64,000 nucleotides of DNA, taken from the NCBI GenBank assembly GCA_965153285.1, contig OZ229119.1; one strand, given 5' to 3'. How positions within the stretch are numbered: position 1 is the stretch's first letter; each line of letters starts with the position of its first letter. The DNA comes from Podarcis tiliguerta. Its lineage: Eukaryota. The notes under the pieces are model-generated. The model ran no database searches. It was not told the DNA's origin and was given only the letters and a program-made list of their open reading frames with translations. Positions 23,615 through 32,950 of this stretch are shown piece by piece. The translations under genes were made by a program, and so were the position numbers.

Positions 23615-25896
23615 AAGTGCCCACGCCAGAACCTCCCAGACCTGCTTTAGTGATAGAGGTGTTGCTAGAGCTGCCAAACGGACACCCACTACAGATCAAG
23701 GCGCTTTTGGATTCAGGCAGCTCCTGTAATTTCATGAGTAAGGAGTTTGCAGCTGAGCACCAGATACAGACCATCCCCTTAAGTAACCCCCTGCAGGTGA
23801 CCACGATTGACAGCAGAGAGCTGTTGGGAGGAGAAGTGAACCAACAGACAGTCCCTATGATAATGAGGGTGGCAAGGCACACCGAAAGGATAGCGTTTAA
23901 TGTGGCCACCTTGGGAGGAGCTCCCATCATTTTGGGGATGAGCTGGCTGGCACTACACGATCCTCTAGTGGGCTGGCATCAGAGGGTGGTCTCCTTTGGG
24001 TCAGCGCATTGCCTAGAACACTGCAAGCAGGGGAAGGTCCCAGGAGGAGCCAGACTCACCCTAGCCGGGATGGAGGTAATGAATAAAGGGAAGGTGCCTC
24101 CGCAATACGCAGATCTGAGCAACGTATTTAGCGAAAGGGAAGCGGACAAACTGCCGCCGCATAGACCCTTTGACTGTCAAATCAACCTACTCCCTGGGGC
24201 TCAACTCCCAGTGGGCAAGCTGTACGCCATGTCAGACAGGGAGATGCAGGAGTTGAGGGAGTTCATTGACAAAAACCTGAAGCGAGGTTTCATCAGAGAG
24301 TCCCGAGCGGTGGGGGGCAGTCCAGTGTTTTTTGTGGACAAAAAGAACACAGATAAGCCGAGACTTGTAGTGGACTTCAGGGCCCTAAATGCCGTGTCGG
24401 AACCCCTGGCTTTTCCTATGTCCCGAATTGATGACATTCTGACCAGAGTGAGGAAGGGGAAGATTTTTACAAAACTGGACCTGCGGGGGGCGTACAATCT
24501 GATACGCATAAGGAAGGGGGATGAATGGAAGACCACCATGTTCACCCCTTTGGGAGCATTTGAATACCTCGTCATGCCCTTCGGTCTCCAAGCAGGCTCA
24601 GCATGTTTTCAAAGTTTTATGAACCACGTCTTGGGACCTTTGCTCTACAAGAATTGTGTGGCCTTTTTAGATGACGTGTTGGTGTATTCGGAAGATGAAG
24701 AGCAGCATGTGAGGGACGTGCGAGAAGTGTTGGGCCGGCTACAAGCCAATCAGCTGTGGGTGAAACTGGAGAAGTGCCAGTTTCATACCAAGGAGGTGGA
24801 ATTCCTGGGGTACCGCTTGTCAGACAAAGGATTGGCCATGGATCCAGGCAAGGTCCAAGCGGTACTGGAATGGAAAACACCGAAGACCAAGAAGGATGTG
24901 CAAAGATTCCTGGGGTTTGGGAACTTTTATCGGAAGTTCATCAAGAACTTTGCACACTTGACGGCGCCCATCACCGACTGCCTCAGTAGCAAGAAGAAAT
25001 TTCTTTGGACGGCGGAGGCGGAGCGAGCATTTGAAGAACTGAAAAGGGCTTTCGCCTCGGAAGAACAACTTCTGCATGTGGACTTACGGAAACCCATGAG
25101 AGTGGAGACAGACGCGTCTGACCGGGCGGTAGGGGCGGTACTTCTTCAACCGGGAAGGAATACGTCGGAGTGGAGACCGTGCGCCTTCTTCTCGAGGAAG
25201 CTGAATAAGTCCGAGCGGAACTACACGGTGTATGACAGGGAGCTACTCGCCATTCACGAAGCGTTCCGGAGGTGGAGACATTTGTTAATTGGGGCACAAC
25301 ACAAGGTGCAAGTGTGCACCGACCACAAGAATTTGGAGTATTGGAGAACGGCTCGAGTACTCAACCAACGACAAGTGAGATGGGCACAGGAATTCTCCAA
25401 ATTCCACTTTGAAATTTGTTATGTGCCAGGCCCAGAAAACGTCAGGGCGGACGCTCTCTCACGCAAACCAGAGTATTTGGAGGGGGAGGGGGCAATCGAA
25501 GAAAGACATGTCATCCCTGAGGACCGCTGGGTGTGTGGGGCGGCGCTGGTGGGGCGACGAGAACTGGTAGAGGAAACGGAAAATGATGAGTATGCCCAGG
25601 ATAAGCTCAGAGGTCTCAGGGGAGAGGGTGAGAGTCCAGAAGGTTTTGAGGAAAGAAATGGGGCATTGTATTACAAAGGGGCACTGTATATACCAGGAGG
25701 TGAATTGAGGGGAAGAGTACTCAAGCAGTTGCACGATAGCCCCACAGCGGGACATTTTGGACAACACAAGACCATGTGGATGGTTACCAGGGAATTTTGG
25801 TGGCCCAAGGTGAGGGAAGATGTAAAGGAGTATGTAAGACGGTGTGACCAATGTCAGAGAGCCAAGGGGGAAAGAAGGGCGCGGCAGGGTTATTAG
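23443..25896 (+). CDS. pol: Pol part 1: aspartic protease, reverse transcriptase, RNase H, integrase HHCC (real translation probably enters near 23560 by frameshift)
   Basis: LLDSGS (protease); KLDLRGAY, MPFGL, FLDD (RT); TDASD, ELLAI, TDHKNL, ADALSR (RNase H); HDSPTAGH...CDQC (integrase Zn finger). Confidence 0.95.
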   Translation: MLSLPTARTLCQSLSTKKGMARDGRSCWGRRGGKQGASKSQRLAATVGAQQPGQKAVKVPTPEPPRPALVIEVLLELPNGHPLQIKALLDSGSSCNFMSKEFAAEHQIQTIPLSNPLQVTTIDSRELLGGEVNQQTVPMIMRVARHTERIAFNVATLGGAPIILGMSWLALHDPLVGWHQRVVSFGSAHCLEHCKQGKVPGGARLTLAGMEVMNKGKVPPQYADLSNVFSEREADKLPPHRPFDCQINLLPGAQLPVGKLYAMSDREMQELREFIDKNLKRGFIRESRAVGGSPVFFVDKKNTDKPRLVVDFRALNAVSEPLAFPMSRIDDILTRVRKGKIFTKLDLRGAYNLIRIRKGDEWKTTMFTPLGAFEYLVMPFGLQAGSACFQSFMNHVLGPLLYKNCVAFLDDVLVYSEDEEQHVRDVREVLGRLQANQLWVKLEKCQFHTKEVEFLGYRLSDKGLAMDPGKVQAVLEWKTPKTKKDVQRFLGFGNFYRKFIKNFAHLTAPITDCLSSKKKFLWTAEAERAFEELKRAFASEEQLLHVDLRKPMRVETDASDRAVGAVLLQPGRNTSEWRPCAFFSRKLNKSERNYTVYDRELLAIHEAFRRWRHLLIGAQHKVQVCTDHKNLEYWRTARVLNQRQVRWAQEFSKFHFEICYVPGPENVRADALSRKPEYLEGEGAIEERHVIPEDRWVCGAALVGRRELVEETENDEYAQDKLRGLRGEGESPEGFEERNGALYYKGALYIPGGELRGRVLKQLHDSPTAGHFGQHKTMWMVTREFWWPKVREDVKEYVRRCDQCQRAKGERRARQGY
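23554..23622 (+). promoter_or_regulatory. Putative -1 ribosomal frameshift signal (slip site plus H-type pseudoknot)
   Basis: pol is in the -1 frame relative to gag. Stem 1 is GCCTGGCTGC (23567-23576) / GCAGCCAGGC (23592-23601); loop GGGCAC (23585-23590) pairs with GTGCCC (23617-23622). Confidence 0.8.
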
Positions 25897-27533
25897 AACC
25901 ATTACCCACACCAGAACGGCCTTGGGAAGCGGTATCAATAGATTTTATGACGGATCTGCCAAAATCCAAGGGGAAAACAGCCATCATGGTAGTAGTAGAC
26001 CTGTTAACCAAGATGTGCCACTTTGTAGCATGCTCACATGCAGTCACAGCGGAAGAAACAGCTAAGTTGTTTGTAGAACACATCTTTAGGCTGCACGGCG
26101 CCCCCTTGAGGGTGATCTCAGACCGCGGCAAACAATTTACTTCCAGGTTCTGGAGGAAGCTCATGAGCTTACTGCACGTGGAAGTCAATTTTTCGACTGC
26201 CCGGCACCCTGAAACCAACGGGCAGGCGGAAAGAGCAAATGGCATCCTCCAACAATATCTGAGGTGTTATGTCAATGACAGAGAGAACGATTGGGTCGAA
26301 AAGTTGGCGCTGGCAGAATTTGCCTACAACAATGCGGAGAATGTGTCCACAGGGATGAGCCCCTTTTTGGCTAATTATGGGTGTCACCCCAGGGCTTTTC
26401 CAGGGGAGGGAGGCGAGAGATGGAGCGTCCCAGCGGCCGAACATTTTGTAGAGGAGATGGAAGCGATCCATCGTCAGCTCCAGCTCAACTTAGAAAGGGC
26501 CAAGGCTCAATATAAGAAGCAGGCAGACAAGAACAGAAGGGAAGGTGAAACCATAAGGGTGGGGGATCAGGTGTGGCTGTCAACCCAAGGGTTGCCGTTC
26601 AAAGGGGGTTGTAAAAAATTAAGACCCAAGAGATTGGGACCCTTTGAGGTCATTCAGCAGGTCAACCCAGTGGCTTTCAAACTCCGGTTACCCAGCCACA
26701 TGAAATTGCACCCAGTGTTCCACAGGTCGTTACTGTCACCGTACAGGGGGGGACGTGAAGGGGAGCACACCAGGGGACCACCCTTGGAAGAAAGGGAAAG
26801 AAGCAACCATGTAGCGGAAATCCTCGATTCTAGGTGGAAGGGAAATCAGGTGGAGTATTTGGTGGCGTGGGAAGGGGAACCGGAGTCAGAAAACACCTGG
26901 GTGACTGCAGGGGAGGTCAATGACGAGGTTTTAACAGAAACGTTCCACCAAAGATTCCCGAGGAAACCACAGCCGGTAGCAAGGTTTAGGAGGGAGTATT
27001 TCGGCACCACCGACGAGGAAGAGGAACTGGAAGGATTCGCGGAGTCGGAGTTGGAAGAGGGAATGGACTCCGATGACGAGGAGTATCGAGAGACCAGGAA
27101 CAGCAACAAGTGGAGGAAGGTGTTCGAAACCTCGGACGATGAGGAAGGTTCTTTCAGGGGTTTTACCTCCTCACAACCCGTAGGGAAGGAGACGGGAGGG
27201 GGTGAAGGGGGCCCTGGAGGGGAGGTGGATGTCAGGGAACTGCCATCGGAAGGACAGGAGGTGCAAGGGCTCTCTGAGGTGGAGAGAGACGCAGCAGCGG
27301 AAGAGGGAACCAGTAGGGGGAGAGCAGGAACTTCAAGGGAAGGTGAGTCGGAGGAATGGCTCAGAGACGCTTCCAGCGAAAACAGCGGGGAGGTCTCAGG
27401 ACCTCCTATAGGGACACCCATTCCTCGCCGGAAACTGTCACGCCGAGAGTCCAGAAGACGTGTTTCCGTTAAGGAGCTTTTATGTTGGAAACGATTCCGA
27501 AAGCAACCACTTTCGGATTCTGCTAGCGATTGA
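25851..27533 (+). CDS. pol: Pol part 2: integrase DDE core, GPY/F, chromodomain, acidic FxGF-motif tail and basic tail; separated from part 1 by a 1-nt deletion near 25882
   Basis: SIDF, ISDRG, PETNGQAERAN, GPFEVI, VAEILDSR...YLVAWEG...NTW. The stop codon lies inside the 3' LTR. Confidence 0.93.
   Translation: MSESQGGKKGAAGLLEPLPTPERPWEAVSIDFMTDLPKSKGKTAIMVVVDLLTKMCHFVACSHAVTAEETAKLFVEHIFRLHGAPLRVISDRGKQFTSRFWRKLMSLLHVEVNFSTARHPETNGQAERANGILQQYLRCYVNDRENDWVEKLALAEFAYNNAENVSTGMSPFLANYGCHPRAFPGEGGERWSVPAAEHFVEEMEAIHRQLQLNLERAKAQYKKQADKNRREGETIRVGDQVWLSTQGLPFKGGCKKLRPKRLGPFEVIQQVNPVAFKLRLPSHMKLHPVFHRSLLSPYRGGREGEHTRGPPLEERERSNHVAEILDSRWKGNQVEYLVAWEGEPESENTWVTAGEVNDEVLTETFHQRFPRKPQPVARFRREYFGTTDEEEELEGFAESELEEGMDSDDEEYRETRNSNKWRKVFETSDDEEGSFRGFTSSQPVGKETGGGEGGPGGEVDVRELPSEGQEVQGLSEVERDAAAEEGTSRGRAGTSREGESEEWLRDASSENSGEVSGPPIGTPIPRRKLSRRESRRRVSVKELLCWKRFRKQPLSDSASD
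27216..27229 (+). promoter_or_regulatory. Polypurine tract
   Basis: Purine-rich GGAGGGGAGGTGGA immediately before the 3' LTR. Confidence 0.85.
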
Positions 27534-27637
27534 CGCAGCCATGCTGGAAGGGCTCCGTCACAGGCAGAGGTTTGAGAACTTGATCAAACTCTGAGGGACT
27601 TGCAGTTTACGCACAAGCAGCTCTTCATCCCATCACA
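27230..27637 (+). repeat. 3' LTR (408 bp)
   Basis: Direct repeat of 22140-22547. Confidence 0.98.
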
Positions 27638-28959
27638 CAGGAGCTCTGCTCTTCCTTGGATATGCTTGTCCTCCATTCAGGATAGTGATGTCTTCTGCAT
27701 CCTTGCTATCTACCTTGGCTTCATGATCTGGCCTACTGTTTTCCTGTTTTTGCAAAGCTTTGACAGTCCGAGGAGCCAGATGTATGCCAATAAGTGGAAT
27801 ATGCCAGGTCACATTTTAGGGCTATGCACTCCTTAAATATCACCTGCTCTGCTAAATGAATGGGAAGCCTTTGTGAAGCATTATGTGTCACGTCCTCTTA
27901 AAACAGCTCTTCTTAATACCATGGTGATTAAATTTCTCTATATCTATTTAGGCAGTGAATGTGTGTGACTTGAATTATAATGTATTAATGATGCTGGACT
28001 TCCCCCACAGCATGCTGTGAACTCCCACTGGGACTTCTTGGCTTTTAGTGTGTGTGGTAGATATTTTGAGTTTTAAGTAAGTGCTATAAATAAATGCAGC
28101 AATTACTGTGTAGGGCAATGAAAAAGATAACTGGTTAAGTTTAGCTTTGTGGAGCTATCGTTGTTATATTATTGCTGCTAAGCAGTTAGGCTCAGAGAAC
28201 CTTTGTAATCTTTGTTAATCATCCTGTGGAGAAATTCTGTTTTCCTCTTTTTCTCCCTTCACCCCAATATAGTGACTATATACATAACTTTTGAAATAAC
28301 TAGATAGCATAAGGGTTAGAATTCAATGTAAAATGAGATCCTGGGAATAATGACACTGCTTGCATTAATCCCCATATCATCAGGAAATGAAAAGGAAAAA
28401 GAAATAACATTTGGATACACATCCCTCTACCATTTTTTAGCCAAAAACATTTTGTTTGGTTCCATTTATGAATTGCTTCCCATAAAAATATCTCAGAGCA
28501 AATCCACAGTAAAAACAACAGATTTCTTTGTCTTCTTTTGTGGGGTGGGGAAAAGGAATTCATATAATTTCCAATTTAATCCAATGCAAATCTGGGAGAG
28601 CTCACCCAGGGCTACTATTGATAGCCATGCCCCTATGAATTTCTCTAGTTCCCTTTTGTCTTTTAAAATGAATTCTAAGGTACTTAGAGAGACACCCATG
28701 ACTCTTCATCAGCCTGACTCACCTTTGTCTCTTGGCTTCCCTCATCCCACTCACTTGCTTCAGCTTCTGCCTCTGATTCTGCACTTCTCTCTGCCATTGA
28801 CTCTCCCAGCTCACTAAGCCCTGTCACTAAGCTCTTCAGCTTCCAATATCTCCTCCTCCCAGTCTCCACCCCCTGACCACTTCTTCCTTTGGGGGTTTCC
28901 CTTCTGGTTCCTTTGCATCCAACCAGTCCATGGCAGGCAGAAAGCACTGCACAATATTG

Positions 28960-29190
28960 TTATTTATTTATTACATTTATTTATATTTCACCTTTCTTCT
29001 GGGGAGTTCAAGGTGGCATCCATAGTTCTTTTCGTCCCCGCTGTTCTTTTCACAACTGCTTTGTGAGGTTGGTTAGCCTGAGAGGATTTGACTTGTCCAG
29101 GGTCACCCAGAGAGCTACATCCCAGTGAGCAGGGATTGGAACCCTGGTCTCCCAGGTCCTAACCCAACACTACACCACATAGGCTCACAG
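28960..29190 (-). mobile_element. Old MIR/L2-type SINE remnant
   Basis: (TTTA)n tail and a degenerate GGATTGGAACCCTGGTCTCC B-box-like segment. Confidence 0.5.
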
Positions 29191-30659
29191 TAGTGCATTT
29201 TGCCTTTCATTGGCAAAGTCTCTTGAGGCTAGAAGCCTCTTGGAGCTCTCCAGCTCACAGGGACAGCCGAATTGCATTTGGTAGGCTGCTCTGCTGCAGA
29301 CAACCTTCCAAATACACCAACGTCATGAGGGAGGATGTGGTGTAGGGCAAGCCTGCTCTCCCGCCTCACACAATTATCATCACATCATTTCAGTGTCCAA
29401 ATAAGGCTCCCATTGAAGCAGAACAAGTGTTTGGCATCAGGGAAAGGTATGAACTGGCGCTTTCCATTCATGCTGTTGTAAAGCAGTATTGTTTGAACTA
29501 AGGTCATGTAGTTTGGTTTGAAGATTAAAAAACCCCACCACTGGCAACATAGCAGGCATATTTAATGTGCAGTTGACTTTATATGAACATAAGCATGGCT
29601 GAAAAAGAGGGGGGAAGGTTTGTGGAGGCATGCACATAAAAGGGAATAACGACAGTTGATCTTCCCTGGCCTTAGCAGACATGGTCATAGATGTCCTCTT
29701 CTCATTACTGTGCAGTTTTTCCTTCTACCCTTCTGTAAGTTTAGAAAACTTAATACATAATGCAGTTTGTAATGCAGAGCATCATAATTAAATTAAAAAT
29801 CTCTTAAAATGTAGAAAGGGACCCAAATGACTGATGCATCTAAATTGTAGGCTGACAGGCTGCAGACGAACATCCAAGGCCTGGGGAAGGTGGCTAGCAG
29901 ATTGGGAAGGACAAGGGATTTTAAAATGTATTTTTAGAGATGGTCATAAAAACATAGCAAGATAGCCTAGAGACTGGTGCAGACCAGGGACCCTTTTGAA
30001 CCTTCCTATTTTTTCACTGAGTTGCTAAAGGCAAACTGTATACCCCTGTCATTATGGCTGGATACGTGTCCTGCAGTATTAAGAACTTAATTTATGGTGG
30101 CTAATTAGTTCAAGGATTGTCCTGGCACCAGATGATGCTGTACCTCTAGTCTGGGGCTGATACAGAGGGCTTTGTTTTCAGTTGGCAAGTTCATCTGGAA
30201 CATCGTTACTGACTGTATAGACAGAGGGGGTTTTATTTGACACCCTGGTCTTCTGCCATGAGACCATCATGTCCTAGATAAGGTGTGGCGGTGAAGGATA
30301 ACATGGATAGAGAGAATGAGAATAAATCAATCTATGATGTTCATGAAAATAAGCCCACCACAAAATAGAGGAATTTGTGGGAGGTATGGAACAAGGTAAG
30401 TATGATACAGAGAGGAACAAAACTGAGGGCTCGCCCCCACTTCTGTTTGCCCCACGGCTTTCCCCAGGGGAAACCAGCTGTTTACTGCTAAATCAGAACA
30501 AACATCAGTCAGGTTTACTCCAGATTGACATTTGCTCTGATAAAGTGCTAGAGAGTGGGTTTTCTAGCTGACAGTGGCAGGGCAGAAGCAAAGCCCTCAG
30601 CCTCATGTCTAGAGAGCAAGGGACAAGCAGAAAAAGCATGTTCTCCCTAGCAGAGAGCA

Positions 30660-31416
30660 CGTCTTGCGGTGGGGAATACAGGCCACCCCATTGTTGCTGG
30701 GCGGATGTTTGGAGAGACCCAGGCAGTGAATTGGTTAATTGGGTCGCTGGGGAGATTTGCTTGTTGCCAATTCTGGAGGAGGGGTCAGAGGTTTTAAATG
30801 CTGGACGCCCAGCTTTGGACGTCCTCTTGGGCTGCCTGAATTGGGGGGGGGGGGGGTCCTGTGCTTTGACCTTGCTATGCCTGTCATGGGGCCGCCTGCT
30901 TTTGGGGCAGGGGCCTGGTAGGAATTTTGTCCATTTGGCTGATTGGCTGTTGCCATTTGGTTTTTGCCTGCTGCATAGCAAATCGTCACAACTTGTAAGG
31001 TTGGGGGTTAGGCATTGGTTCAAATTGGTTGGTGGAGGGGTAAGTGCCTACCCCTCCAATGGTGGTGCGGAAAGGGAATTCCGTTAAAGGAATCCAGGGG
31101 CTTGCCATTCTTTTCATCCTTGTCCCTGGCATCGGACTTGGGCCGTGCAAGCCACCAGGAGCATGAGGGTGAGAAGTGAGGGACTGAAGCCCAGCTTCAT
31201 TTTCTCCCCAAAAATTGTTTCCCTCACTGGCTTCCGTTGGAATCCGGAAGTCAGTTCTGTCCCTGGACAAGGACAGATAGTCGGAACCAATGCCTAAGCA
31301 ACCACTCACTTGGGTGTATTTCAATAAAGTTGTGGCCAAAATCATGCCAAAAACCTTAAACAAAAATTGATGTGTGTGGTGTGAGTTTATTTGGGGGTGG
31401 CTTGAGGACCTCGACA
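30660..31416 (+). mobile_element. Candidate solo LTR of a different family
   Basis: GC-rich ~750-bp block with repeated ATTGG (CCAAT) boxes, AATAAA at 31323-31328, a downstream GT-rich tract and a ...CTCGACA end. Left boundary and TSD not resolved. Confidence 0.55.
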
Positions 31417-32950
31417 CACAACTGCTGAGTCTTGTGCTGTCTAGGCCCAGGACAAGTGGAAGTGAGATGAAAGAAGGAAAGATAGAGAATCCTGTTCAGA
31501 ATATAACCTATATATTGATTTAACAAAATTTATATACCACTTGATTGAAATAAAACCTCCAAGTGGTTTACAAAAAAAAATAAAAAATTAAAACATTGAA
31601 ATTATCAATAAAGGCAGCTAGAAACAAGTATTTTAAAACATTCAAAAATAAATAATACCAACAGTAAGCTGAAAACAAAAACTTCTACATGTGTATATTT
31701 GCCACCAACTTAACTGCACACCCATTTCCCCCAGGTTTTCAGAGTAAAATGTGTAAATAAATGTGCATATATTTACTTTGCATATATTGCTGCCCGTATA
31801 TTATTTATGATTTCAGGTATTCAAAGAATTGGTATTATGGGAAAAGACTGCCAGAAACAAAAGGAGGATGGGAGTTAAAGGGTTGGGAGTGGGGACTTTT
31901 GATTGCTATGAAGGCAGGGACAGGGCACTGCACAGGGCACTGAGGTTTTTATGCTTTTAATAGATGCATGTGAATCCGAAATAAATTGAGTAAAAAGAGC
32001 CTAGAAAGCCTTGCAAATGGCATTTGTAAAAGAATAGCTTATGTTGGAAGTGGTTTCCTTTTGCATGCCTCACATAATCTGGAACAATGTTATTAATTAT
32101 CTTGGCTAACTTCCTTCGTTGTATCTCAATGTGGTTTAGCTAATTTCCCCTCCTAGTCTTTCAATTTGGTCATTCATGCATCATAAACCGTACCATACAT
32201 TCAGATTGGGGCTGTTGCATACTGTCTAGCTTAATTTCCCTTTCATAAGTATACTCTCTTTAAGTGCCAAGATCTGTACTCAACTAGCTGACTAATTAAG
32301 TGTTTTGTCTCTCATAGTGAATCGTATTCATTCATAGGTCATTGGAAAGATATTGGCTTCCTGCAATATTCCTTCCAAGTTTTGATTTATATGAAAAACC
32401 AAACCAAAAAACCCTGGCAATGAAAAAAAAAAGTAGGAATATTTGGCACCATACGTACTCTGTAATTAGATATTCGACAGTGGCAACCTTGGAGAGCATG
32501 GTAGCTAACAAAAATACAGAGAAGAAGTGTCATGATGCTGGCTCACAATGAGCTGGCTCACAATTCGAACACAGAGCTGCATTCTACTGAAAAGTCCCTG
32601 TCACCAATCTGTATGATACCATCCATTGGACCTGGTCCGTGGGGACAAATGGGGCACTGCCCCACCACCCTGTCTCCCCTCAGTCACCCCCCACTTGCCT
32701 TCTTGCTTACAACCAGATCTGCCTGCCATCAGCACTGGGCCTCTTGCCTCCTGCTCCACCCAATTGGATACCAGCAGGAGGAGTGTAAAAATGGTTTGAG
32801 GGTTGGGCAATGAGATAACCTTGGTGGAATTGGACCCCGTAAATAGGTTTAGGAAAGCTTTTTGGCCCCGAGAACCACATGCAGACGTTTTTGGGGGGAG
32901 GGGGTGCCTGTATGATGGTAGGTGTGGCCAGAAGCAGCTAGTCCCATGTG

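Larger units (their letters stand above)
22140..27637 (+). mobile_element. Full-length Ty3/Gypsy LTR retrotransposon, chromovirus (Tf1/sushi group)
   Basis: Two 408-bp TG...CA LTRs and a 5-bp TSD CAGGA (22135-22139, 27638-27642). Domain order gag-PR-RT-RNaseH-IN-chromodomain, with a polypurine tract before the 3' LTR and no env. Confidence 0.98.

Noticed and set aside
25851-25896. Second programmed frameshift inside integrase
   Set aside because: Adding one C restores the conserved ..APAGLLxPLP linker and I see no stimulatory structure, so a mutation or sequencing error is simpler.
22535-27421. Antisense ORFs within the retrotransposon (for example 23403-23930 and 26846-27421)
   Set aside because: Shadow ORFs of purine- and GC-rich coding sequence; no recognisable domains.
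30505-31417. ORFs of 143-172 aa on both strands
   Set aside because: They fall in a GC-rich LTR-like repeat and show no domain motifs.
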